Of a stretch of DNA of 64,000 bases, positions 51,890 through 64,000 are shown piece after piece; the first letter of the stretch is position 1, and the number at the start of each line of letters is the position of its first letter. The notes under the pieces were generated by a model, which made no database searches, was not told where the DNA came from, and saw nothing but the letters and a program-made list of their open reading frames with translations. Position numbers and translations under genes: made by a program. The DNA is taken from contig NW_002060948.1 of assembly GCF_000150275.1 (NCBI RefSeq), forward strand, positions 4,944,336 through 5,008,335, written 5' to 3'. The DNA comes from Trichoplax adhaerens (lineage: Eukaryota > Animalia > Placozoa).

Positions 51890-52460
51890 AGCTTATTATA
51901 TCATGTTGAAAATATACCTTCAATCTATGACCGGATATTCTTGGAATTTCGACTTTAAAAATCCAATATTAGTACCGACAGCAATAAATTAATACTAAAT
52001 AAATCGATAGGCAAGGTAACTTTCAATTAGCATGATTTCTACTCGATACAGATGTGATTATCGTCAACTGGACGGAAATTTGAATTCAGTAGGATGGTTA
52101 TATTGAGTATACTACATCTTACTGGAAACATATCTTCATTTATGGCCGGATGCTTATCGAATTTCTACTTTAAAAGTTTCAATACTACAGACGGCAGTAA
52201 TAAAGCAATATCACATAACCGATAGGTAAGATAGCTTTCAATTAGCACCATTTTCTGTTTGATAGCGATGAGATTATCGCCTCTTGGATAGGAAGTTTAA
52301 TTCTAAATGCAGTTATAATCTGCATATTATATCACATTGAAGACACATTTATCAGTTATGGCCGGATGTTCATCGAATTTCCACTGTAAAAGTTTCAAAA
52401 GTAGTAATGAAAGCAATAAAGTAATATCAAGAAAATTGATAGTCACGGTAACTTTAATGG
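51890..52460. repeat. Degenerate tandem array, about 2.6 x 215 bp
   Basis: tatg.ccggat..t..t.gaattt..act.taaaa at 51927, 52141 and 52357. Confidence 0.85.
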
Positions 52461-55400
52461 ATCTGGCGATGTTCTTTTCCTACTCACATTCTATTCATCA
52501 ATAATCATTCTTGGTAATTTTTTTAACTCATTTTAAAAATTACCAGCTAGTACCAGTCGCGGATACTTGTAGGCTGGAAATTATTGTCTGCTTCCTTTAT
52601 GAAAATCTCTTCGTTATACAAAGCCAAATCTTCTTCTAATCATAATGACTATTTACATAGGCTTACAGTTTTATAAGCACCATACTTATTACTGCAGATG
52701 GTGTCGATAGAACAGTTTCAGATATGAATCCTTTCGAATCTATAATATCTCAAATAATAACAGCTTTCAGTTAAAATCGTGTATTTTCGTTCACATTTAT
52801 CGCCTGTACTGATATCAAAACATACGATTTAAGCTCAAATCTTTATGTATAGATCTATTATCAGCTTATATCTCGTAGAATTCATAAGTTAGCTCTTGCT
52901 ATTACATGCGGAGTATGAACATTTATATTTTTTAATTAGCAATTTACCGATCATGGCTACTTTACAAATATGCGAAAGCATAACGTGCTATAATCATTTT
53001 TCACAATACATACTTGAGATTTAGCATTTATAAATACTTTGGAAAATCAATTTACACCTAGATACCCTAATTAAAATTTAAAATTTAAAAAAGACTTGGC
53101 TGATACTAGACTCTGTTACATACCATAATCAATTTTTCAAAATAATACCTACTATAAAACAAGATCATATTTGAATTCCAGAGATTTTTATTGAAATTAT
53201 CTAATCCAAAATTATGATAGTAAGCATAATTGGTGGTAGATCAAATGTACTTAATGGCACCATAACATAAGATATTAAAATGCTAGATAGATTGAAAAAT
53301 AAAAGCGTCTTAAGTAAATTAGCTTGGTCATTATCTTCGATTCAGGATGGTAAGTGAGTGTCTTTGTTTCGTTGTTGTGGCTCAACTTCATGAACTTTTA
53401 ACGATAAAAGCCGACTGTTAAAATTAGCAATCATAAAAGTTAATGATTATTAGCATAGTATAGCAAATCTCTGTTCGCTGGTTTATTTAAAAATCAAAAT
53501 TACGCAAATATTAAGCATAGTCTATCCATTCACATCAAAGTTCAATTAATAGGTGATACAAAATTAATATTATGCTGTAAAACAAATTTTCCTAATTTCA
53601 ATTAATTATTCCTTAAAGTCAGTTTAATACCATGGCAAACATTTATCATATTCCTGCAAAAATTGAGTATACAACAATATTCAGCCGATCCTTTATAATT
53701 CGATGAACAAGTTACTTCCAATTTATAAAGAATATAAAACGATGGTAAAACTTGGAATATGCATTAAAATTCGAAAATTTCATTAGATATACTCGTATTA
53801 TACTACTTTAAATGGTTTTATAGAAAATCCAATGTTGCGGCCTCAACAATGATTTATAAAACATAATCGAAAGCTACATAAAATAATTAATCCAAGAAGA
53901 GAACGAATGAGATCACGAAGCACAGATCAGCCTAAACTTGATAAAAGAAAATTCTTTCTACTTGTTTCGCAATTCCCTAATGATACAATATGCAAGTCGC
54001 AGTGTAGTTAGAATTCCGCTATAGTTTTTGCCATTAAGAATAAAATTTGCTTAAAAATCGTTAAAATTGTAACAGATACCGTAATGAATATCTCTCGAAT
54101 TGTGCTAACAATTATATATCATAAATATCAAATAGTGCACGTGAGATCAGATAGAATTTAATTCGTCAGACTGTTAAATGGATCTGAAATAATAATAGCC
54201 GTTCTGATTAGAATATGCTGTAAATTGCAGGTTGAGCATCACAGGTTTCACGGTTATGCTTCTGCCTATTTACCTGCTAAATTTTATCAAAACAGCCTAT
54301 CTTATTTGTTATAATTAATTAAAAAAACATCACTGGCAGAATAGAGAAACAAGATCTTGTAAAGGTTGGCAAATCAATGGAGATAATCCAATCGCAACTA
54401 GTATTACATAATAATGGCCAAACACGGAAAATCCAATCATCTATCGACATTAAGTAATCCATATCCTATCCGATTTAATTTTTAAATCATGTTCCAGTTA
54501 CCATCATTTATATCATGCTGCAGGATCAAACCTTAGCCACCACTTCACTTACTATTTCTTAAAGATCAACTGAACACATTAAAAGTCACGATTAACATTG
54601 CTTAACATGAGTCAAAATATTAAAATCTAAATGGTTACCGTATCTTATTTGAAGTATAGTTATTCGATTTGCTTTAAATTTATAGTAAGTTCCCATTATA
54701 CTTTATAAATTACTAACACATGAACAGAATTTTACATCATTTCTTTATGATTAGTTACATATTGCTAATATTGTATAATACGTAAGAGGCGTATAGGCAA
54801 GTTTAAATGAGATATCAAGGCTACATAGATAAATCGTGGTTGATGTTGTCCTCTGAAGACTAAAATAGAAATCTATTATTAACGTATCATGAACTACCGA
54901 GTAATTAATGTTCTTGTGATTTGGATTTAGATGTATATTAATAATTAATAATTAAAATTTCCGTAGCGTATTCTGAATCATGAACAAGGAGTTTGTATTT
55001 CATGATCAGTTTGATGATATTAAAAATATTAGCAATTAATGAATTTTTGTTGAGATTAATTATCGACATTCAATCTAAACAATTTAATCATGCGTAAATA
55101 ATACGTTAAATAAGAGTCAATGGTAGAATCCTAATATTAGATTATTATAGGCTAATTAATGTCCTATCACAGCCTATTTTAATTAATTTATATTTAAATT
55201 TCTGATTGCACTCGGAGTTATTTACTACAATGCGTACTTGTACTTCTATTTCTTTCGATCTATTAAACAGAATATAAATAAAAGTGAGCGAAATTAGCTC
55301 GTTCTTAAGAATATCGACATTCAACAAAATAGTCTGATAATTAATGTAATAAACAATATTAATGCATTCTAAATAATTACTCATCAGCGCTATTCCTGTT

Positions 55401-57286
55401 TCTCCTAATGGACTAACCATAATTGAAAAGAATTCAATCAGGCGAATTTTCCGTTATGACTTAATGATCAGTGGAGATAATCTAGTAATAATAAACTATA
55501 ATTTTAAGTCAGCAGCAATTTCTAGCAGAAATCTTAAATTTTTGAGGAAATTATTTGGAGTATTAGCTAAATATAAATGTAATTACAAAAGATCTAGCTA
55601 GGTGATTTAAGCATAACCGATATTGCCAAAGGCATCAAGAATAACAAAAAATAGAACATTATGCAATTGAAAATCATTCGTATTCGAATTTATGTTTTAG
55701 TGGGAATGATCAATGTTTTAATTACTAGATTTAGGACATACTTTATTATGGCCCTGAAGATTGTGTAGTTAAATTGGCGTAGTTAAACCATTATTGTAGA
55801 CTGTTTAGTAATTTACTGTTTAACTAGTTATAGCAGATATTGTTACTGAATTTATAATTTATAAAATTATTTTGAAAGAGATGAGTAATGTATCCCATTA
55901 ATTTGATTAATAATTAAATTTCATCCTAATCAATATTGATCAATAATTTAATTACTATTTGCAGTAGAGTATAGTTTTGCGATTAGGATAGAAAGCGTAA
56001 ATCGAAATTTATTTTCTACTTTCAAGTGATTAATATTGCATCCTATCGGAATTAGCTGATATTCAAATTTCCGTCTTACTGAATGTGATCTACATTCGTA
56101 TTTATTAATTATTGGATGAAGTCTAGTAATCTACTGTATTGCGATCTATGGAAAGAAAATAGCCTAAATGATAATTCACATACGATTCCGTAGAGATCAA
56201 GATCATTTCCGATTGGAATTAACTAATTTTCAAGTGTTTACGTTATTTAAGATAATCTACCTAAAAATAATTGCATCTAGCAATAAATTGTTTTTGTGGT
56301 CCTCAAAAGATAAAATACCTAGAGGATGATTTATTGACTACTTAAAAATAGCTACTAGAATTCTTAACTTTAAATTTGTTTTATCGCCAGCACATAATAT
56401 GAGAAATGAAAGTCAATGTAAATGTAATCTACTCGTATTTCCCATATCAATATAACCACTTGGATTAAAATATCCATGAATTAGATGAGTTGCATGCAAT
56501 ATTGAGCGAAGATAGTCCATTTCTTATTAAATACCTTCTATAACTGAACGCAAATAACTACGTCTATCTTACGTCATCCAGATTGATTACCTCTAATAAA
56601 CAATTGCGGGCTGTATTAATACACGTATATAGTGGCTAAAAGCATCAATCTATTTCCCAAGCAAATTGACCGACAATAAATTAAAATGGCTGGAAATTAA
56701 CTCAGATCATTGAATTGACATGGCCGATATTATTCTATTTTATTACTGCAATTGTTCAACAACTCATTGATGTCTGATTTTCATCTATTTAAATTGATTA
56801 TTATAAATCATGTCCACTTTTTACGTAATATAGTATGAATAAACAATGCAATTTATACCGATCATTTTATTTCAATCTCAAATGCAGTAAAAGTATCCGT
56901 ATTAATTACGATGATGGTTAATCAACAAATGAAGTAAATGAAATGCATCCAATTGATTGATTTAATGAGCGAATTTATTGAATCAAGTATCAATACCCAG
57001 GAGGGAGAAAAAAAGGTTCAATTTCGTCATTGAATTCGACAAAAGAAAGGCCAGTGGGAGTTGACCATATATTAGGTCGATATTGATTTATTTTACATTT
57101 AAAAGTTTACTTTGCAAGAGCATCAAAGGCAGGAAGAATAAACTTTTCTCATTAATATTCGTCATCCACCATGTTAAGCTTTTATTTATCGAGTTTTTAG
57201 TATATCCGGATATTAAATCCTCTTGCAGTTGATGAATTTTCAGTTTAATTCTATCTACGCGTATCAATCAAGAAATCATAGAGCAA

Positions 57287-58258
57287 ATGAATTTGACTGA
57301 ATTATGCGTTAGTAAAATCTATCTGGATTGGATGCCTGTCGTTATCGAATCGATCTTGATTTTTGTTACCAATGGACCCATCTTGCTTTTCATCATGTGT
57401 AGACGTCGTTTACGAACACGCTCCATGTGTGTTATGGCTAGTAGTGCAATATGTTCTATTATCTTTGGCTGCTTCTACCTTGTTAAAGGACTTTTGAATA
57501 TGTACTGTGAATTTCATTCTAAACCCATTTTATGTACTATAATTCAAGCCCTAGAGTGGGGATTAGCATCAATATTCGCTTTACATGTGACATTGATTAG
57601 CTTAGAACGCTATTTTGCGATAGCTTATCCATTTAAATATCAACGTTTAGCGACACCATGTCGATTAGCGTTTCTTCTGGCAATCATATGGCTCTTTCCA
57701 CTTTTGATCATGAGTTTGCCCATGATATTATACGATTTCAGTCATGGCCAAATATGTTTAAATTGGAGTAATGATCCGATATTTAGTAAAATCTTTACTT
57801 ATTTCTTGGTCTTGATGTTGTCCTATTTTCCGCCACTTGCAATCCTACTGACCTATTCAGGTATTATATGTATCCTTCAACATCGCGCTAGGAGAGTTCA
57901 CGCCATAGAATATGTTAATCAAGGTTTTACTCAAAGAATCGCCAAAGTCTTAATTCAAATGCTGTTAATGACGGGCATTTATGTTACTTTGACTTCACCA
58001 TTTGCCATTTTTTCCATTACAATTAGTACTGAAAACTCACCAACATTGTTAAAACTTTCCTTTTTAACTTATTTCTTAGCTATATTTTATTTAATTGTTC
58101 ACCCGTTCCTTTGCGCTTATTTTACTGCAAATCTTAAAGACGAAATTGGTAAACGATTTCGTACTAGCTTTGCATTTTTTAATCGTTCCACTGTCGAAAT
58201 TTTACCCTCTAATTTTATCCAATCTTCGTATCATAATGCAAATTCACAAAATACGTAA
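57287..58258 (+). CDS. Intronless divergent rhodopsin-class GPCR (323 aa)
   Basis: Seven TMs; TM1 N (VTNG), RRRLRT, C3.25, ISLERYFAIAYPFKY, IW, ECL2 CLNW, TM5 P..Y, TM6 SPF, TM7 HPFLCAY. Confidence 0.92.
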   Translation: MNLTELCVSKIYLDWMPVVIESILIFVTNGPILLFIMCRRRLRTRSMCVMASSAICSIIFGCFYLVKGLLNMYCEFHSKPILCTIIQALEWGLASIFALHVTLISLERYFAIAYPFKYQRLATPCRLAFLLAIIWLFPLLIMSLPMILYDFSHGQICLNWSNDPIFSKIFTYFLVLMLSYFPPLAILLTYSGIICILQHRARRVHAIEYVNQGFTQRIAKVLIQMLLMTGIYVTLTSPFAIFSITISTENSPTLLKLSFLTYFLAIFYLIVHPFLCAYFTANLKDEIGKRFRTSFAFFNRSTVEILPSNFIQSSYHNANSQNT

Positions 58259-59258
58259 CCACTAACAGTGATGGCAATTACTTTTCTGTTTATTTTTTCC
58301 CTACTATACTCTATTTACTATTATAACTATGCTAAATTATCTTTTGGGTTTTACTCGAGATAGACTGGTAACTAGACAGGATTGACGATCTATTATTCCT
58401 ATATTTAATGTGAATAATGACGATAGGAAGCTCGATATCTTAAAATAATCTTTCTATCTTGTTAATAGTATGGTAGTAACGAATCATCAATGATATCATT
58501 ATGCTGTTGTACAAATTGAAAGATCACGCTAAAGTAATATTTTAATTTATGAGAAATGAATAGAAATTTAAAATGGCTGATCGTGTTCATACATAGGCCT
58601 GTAAACCAAAACTAAAGTTTTATTTTGTATTCCAATACAGTAGAAGATTATAAAAATCAGTTTCTTCATTAACAACATCTCCTTAGACGTCTTATCCAAA
58701 TTGGTCATTGATCAGTGAGAAGATTTTATAAATTTTATTACATGCTGTTTGTTAAACAAGATAGCTTACTAGACGCGGAACTGAACTTAATGATCCTTAC
58801 TAATTCTTGTTTTGATCCAAAATTATTCATGTGGAAGACTGAATAGTCAATCTTTTTCTTAGAAAATTAAGGTTATTAACAAAAACTTGCGATATGATCG
58901 CTAAATCATGTTGCATCTGATACGTAATGAGTCATATCATAAATCAATAAACATATGAAAATTAAATTGGCATTAAAGAATAACAGTTATAGTTTCTATC
59001 CATTTATATTATCTATAGAGTGTAAGCCAGTAGTAAAATTTATCCAAGGAGGATCGAATCTATGTCTAATTTGCTCTTGAGGTATAATTGCATGACCTAC
59101 TGCAGTTTATCCATATTCGATATTTCTCTTAAAACGATAACTTAATTGATCTGCAATAAGCTTAATTAAAATTCTTTCTACTATGTTGCATAAAATTTTA
59201 TTTAAGGAATGGTTAGAATTAAAAAGATGAAACGCGAAGAGATAATAAAATATATTTC

Positions 59259-59490
59259 AAAATAGTTTATCGCTAGTCAACGGAGAGAAATAAATCATGA
59301 TGCCCTATATCTAATTCTATGCTAATGAAATTTACCTCTAAACGGTAGTTCATCTCTAGTTAACGAAGGAAATAAATCCTAAAGGCCCAAATCTAATTCT
59401 TCCCAAATACAATTTACTTCAAATAGTTAATTTATCGCTAGTTAACCAAGAGAAATAAATCACGATGACCTGTATCTAATCCTATCCGTA
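59259..59490. repeat. Tandem array, about 3 x 85 bp
   Basis: atc.ctagt.aac...g.gaaataaatc....g.cc..atctaat.ct near 59268, 59352 and 59434. Confidence 0.8.
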
Positions 59491-62400
59491 TATTTTATTT
59501 TAATATGCATTTCATCCAGTGAGATCCTAAATTATCATCTACAGCATCGATACCTTAATTCATTAAATACCAATAGAGGAAAATTTTTAAATCTGTCTCA
59601 TTGTGGTATGCAACTTTTTATGATGTAACGCAATCAACGGTAGCAAGATTACGACAGGCACTGGTGAGTATAACTTCCCCTTTGTTAAGTCTAATCCACA
59701 AATTGATAAATGGAAATAATCTCAATAATTTAATAAGGTTGTAGAATCCAAGTTTCATCGCATTTATAATCGCAATAATGTTGAATTTATGCATTATAAT
59801 TAATGGAAATTCTTAACTACGTCAGAGTACAAATTATTTTTTAACTTCTGTAGGTCTTACGCGTAAATTTGTAGATCTGACTAAGTTTTACTCCAATAAA
59901 TTGAAAAATAACAGAAAATATTGCTACTCAGTGCAATAGCACTGAGTAAGACTACTTATCGAGTCGATAAGTAGTCTTATGATTAAAGCCAAAGGCTGAA
60001 ATATTTTTAATTTCTCCATAGCCTAGCTCGAAATTGATTTGAGCTTCGAGAATGAAGCAACGGACGTATACAAAACTGGATTCTGTGAAATGAATGATTG
60101 CTATATTGCACTCGTAATTGTTAACAAATAAATTCATTAAATTTTATCCATTATTTAGCTAATATTTCAATTTAACTATCTTTGATTAAGAACAGGAATT
60201 CAACTAAATTCATTATCTTGGACCTCTCTAAATTATTGACTTCTGTTTAAGGAACCGCATCGGTGAGCTTCTATCCTATTTTATCATTCCCAAAACAAAT
60301 GTAGACAATAGCAAATTTGCCTGTATCCAGGGATATTTTGTTTTTGATTAGTGGACCAATTTCATTATTTTGATGTTTCCTGAGGTAAACAACGAAGTCC
60401 AAGAGATAGCCTACATCTCTCAACAATGTCACGTTAGCCAATTTTTAGATGGGATAGATTGCCATTAGACCATGCTTACTATCAAAATATTTTTAGTCAC
60501 CTTGTAATTTGTGACAAGAGTATTTAAAATAGAAATGGATTGAGTCATCGTAGTTACGTCAAAAATTGCGATATTGTGGAATGAATGACTAGAAACAGTG
60601 ACCATTATAATATTAGCAGTATTATCTAATGTGTAGGAAATACATGGTAAGAATTAGCAATTTCCAGCGCTATGGCAGCATGTTATCGTCACTACCAGAT
60701 AATATAAACAAATTAAAAATGTAATGGTACTATTCAACTACTTTATTGAGTAATCGTAACTAACCATAATGTACTATTTCAATTTAAATAATACTATTTT
60801 AGCCAATAATTTAAATTAATTACAAGATCATTATGGCTAATAAATACCAACCAGATATTCTTAATTACTGTTGCGGGATAACTTTCAATACTATTAAATT
60901 TTTATTGACCAGGAATTTTGTTTATTCTCGTTAATCATAAGTAAAGGGATGATTAGCCGTAGTCGGTCAGATTAGATGCGAAAGGTTGGATCATAGTCTA
61001 TCCATTACAGCGCTCAGTTATTGTTGATAACAATATTCCTAGAGCAAGGGCGTCAATAGGAGTTGAATAGTTGCTATCGGTTTAACATTATGAGTTTCAT
61101 CTACTTCGAATGGTATTGAATTGAATTGAATTTGACATGATTCATTTTGCATCTTTCCATTTTCAATTGGCGGCTAACCCGAGGATAATAAAATTCAGCA
61201 TCAATCGATGATTAAAGACAGTTTGAAAAGATTGCATAATTTATTTTTCCTCATTTTCTAAGATTGATACCCATGAATCGAATTTCATCTTGAGTTTAGG
61301 AACAAACTGAAATCGTTTCCTTAGTAACTATATAAACAGCTTGAATTTTTCCAATGTTATTGCATAATCTAAAAAAAATTCATTTATTGACAGTAAACAA
61401 CGATAGCTTTGGTCATTGTCAACCTGTTCTAATTCTGGGAAAATTTAATCTCGATAATCGATATCAACTGATTGAAATCTTCTCAATAAGTTATAGAGAA
61501 GATTTCGGCTTGAAAGAATATAAGTATGTACCGAAGACTAATCTTTACCATTTAAAACATTCTTAGCTATGAATATTCTAACAACGGTTTTTGCTAGCCA
61601 TAAACAAAACATTATAAAGAGCGAAGACTGCATATTTGAGGTATTGCGTAAGAAAGAATTGAAAGTGTCTAAATTTGAAGGCCTTGTGGCTTTTCCGACC
61701 CTATTTACTAGAATAATCTGGTTGTAAACAAACCCCAAAGTTGGTCGAGTTAAGTGCATCAAATATCTGCTAAGAATCTTATTAAAATCTTCGAAAATCT
61801 ATTTATCTGATACTATCGATATACTGTAATATTCTACTCAGTAAATATCCATAATATGCACCTCCAATGCAAATTATGAATTTAAGATTAAACATTATAT
61901 TATTCAAAGAAAAATATTCTTTACTAAAGCTTCAATATATGAGAACCGCTTTGCATGAGCTACATACAATGCAAGTGTTCATCGTCAACAAGAGCTTTGA
62001 TCCTTCCTTAGTTCTTTTGAGCATAGTAACTGCTATGATAGAGGTATTTCTAGAAGTTACAATGACCATTAGTGAAAGATTTTACACCATAGCCTTGTGT
62101 TAAGAAAAAATTAGTGCATTCTGAAATATCCTATAGCATAATAATATTTATATCATCATTTTCATTTCCAATGTAGCAAATGAATTTAACCTATAATATC
62201 TTATAAGGCTTAAATAACATCAAATCTATCTTCTATAAGCTCGTCATGATGCTAGATCACCATCAAAGTTTGCTTTATTACACTGATTGTTAAATAGTTG
62301 ATCATTAGGCTTTCAGGCCAGTTCAACGGCAGCCTTTGCATTCTTAAATTTTTTAGGTTATATACGGTAGCTAATGTATAACTTTAGAGATATGAAATGA

Positions 62401-63245
62401 GTTACCGTATGTTTGTTGTATCAGAGCGTATACTTATGATTCTATAAATGATTGAATAAGGCGCCCTAAAGTAATGAGTAGTCTTTGCAATTTCGATATA
62501 TGAAATGCATCATCCTCGTACTACGTGTGACTATAATTTTATTGATTATTTACACCAGTAACGGAGCATTAGAATATCGAAGCTTACAGTAATATATAAA
62601 GTACACAATAAAGCGAGCTTGATGTTTCATCGCTTACGATTAAGAAGTTAGATGTTTAAAATTGTGTCTGCTATGTAACTTGAGTGAAAATGCTTTTAGT
62701 TGTCACGGAGGGCCAACCTTGATAAGTACGGTAGTTTTCAAGATCGAGGAATACCAACATATTTCTACCGGTAATTTGGTCACAGAATTTTATATTATGG
62801 CCAATCATACGAATTAACCAAACCTGCCGATAGCTTATACATATTGACACGATACCTATTGGTGACAGACCTATAAGGTGTAAGCTGTAGTCGTTAAGAC
62901 TCAAGAACATGATCCATTCTCAGTTCTTTCGCGTACGATAACTCTATTATAGCGATATGGCTATATAACTACTGTACAATCATTCATTACGATAGATGGA
63001 ATTACAATTTCACTTCAAAGCTGCTAATGGATTCAAGATGAACAATTTTTATTATAAATACCCTGATAAAAGATTTAAATAATATGTAAGTTACTTCCTA
63101 TGAGTGACTACGTTAGCTTCATAAAATACTGTATCTAATAAGCCTCCAATAATGATGAACCTGCCTAGATCGCGATATATAGTTCAGGAGAGGATGGTGA
63201 TTGAGAAAAATATCTAAACTAAAAACGGTCTCTAAACGCAATATG

Positions 63246-63730
63246 TTCAATAACCCTTCTAACATAAGGGGATGAAAGTATTTAATTATCCTATCTTATT
63301 CAAAAGTAAATCAATCCGCGCAAAATAACAGCCCAAGTTTCGATTAAGTTTTATGTATATATAGTGCAGTCCCAAATATAGCTTAGATTATCACAGCATA
63401 ATGTGTTTTATAACCCTTTTAGCGTAATGGAATGAAAAGGTATTCAATCTAATCTAAAAGTAATCTAATTCTGATAAGATATAAGCGCAAGTCTAGAATA
63501 AGTTTTATACATAATTTACTCAATAGCCCCTCTAACATAAGGGAATGAAAAGTACTCAATCTAACCTAAAAGTAATCTAATTCTCGCAGAATAATAGTTC
63601 AAGTCTAGATTAAGTTTTATACGTAATTTATTCGATAATCCTTCTAATATTAGGGAATAAAAGTATTCAATCTAGTGGAAAAGGAATTTAATTCTTATAA
63701 AATAATAGCAAAGTCTAGATTAAATTTTAG
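63246..63730. repeat. Tandem array, about 4 copies of a 112-bp unit
   Basis: ata.ccc.tctaacataaggg.atgaaa.gta.tcaatcta...aaaagtaatctaattct...aagtctagattaagtttta near 63250, 63410, 63522 and 63635. Confidence 0.88.
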
Positions 63731-64000
63731 AAAGGACCTTGATTACCGTACTTTAGAATACTGATAGTTAAATAATTAATTAACCTTGCGTGTACTATCA
63801 ACGAGGATCCAAAGTGTTCTAAACCCAAAAGAATCACAGGCTCTTGTCTGTAGTTCCGAAATATATTTTATTAGGTCTATTTACACAATCAATTCACCTA
63901 TAATCACACCTGAATCATCAATAGCATCCTGACCCTTTCCTTAGATAATTAATCAGTATATCTTAACGTAAGAATCTATCCACTCGAGACTTTAATATTC

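Noticed and set aside
36124-62910. Further faint GPCR-like snippets (36124-36348 IVDSYSDI; about 52670 ITADGVDR..NPF; 61538-61762 KTVVRIFIA; 62671-62910 PIGIVSICISY)
   Set aside because: Each is a single short block without ordered neighbouring TMs; hydrophobic ORFs arise easily in AT-rich DNA. An HMM search would be needed.

Overview
This is AT-rich eukaryotic (animal) genomic DNA with many short GT-AG introns and intronless GPCR arrays. The style suggests a placozoan such as Trichoplax, but that is inference only. Contents in order: (1) the 5' exons of NAD kinase on the minus strand, running off the left edge; (2) a probably decayed multi-exon type-II membrane protein gene; (3) a 3 x 163-bp array in which each unit holds an intact 48-codon ORF; (4) a complete ELYS/AHCTF1 gene of about 35-40 exons, with a U12-type intron, PP1-docking motifs and a C-terminal RRK; (5) an intronless F-box + ankyrin gene; (6) a 7-exon adhesion/secretin-type GPCR with a SEA-like ectodomain and no GPS/GAIN; (7) a birth-and-death cluster of rhodopsin-class GPCRs (3 intact, 1 frameshifted and truncated); (8) a solitary divergent GPCR and a decayed inverted relic of it. 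About a dozen unrelated, locus-specific tandem arrays are scattered throughout, mostly with 85-215 bp units and often just upstream of genes. No rRNA, tRNA, CRISPR or recognisable transposase was seen. Exon boundaries and substitution counts were read by eye.
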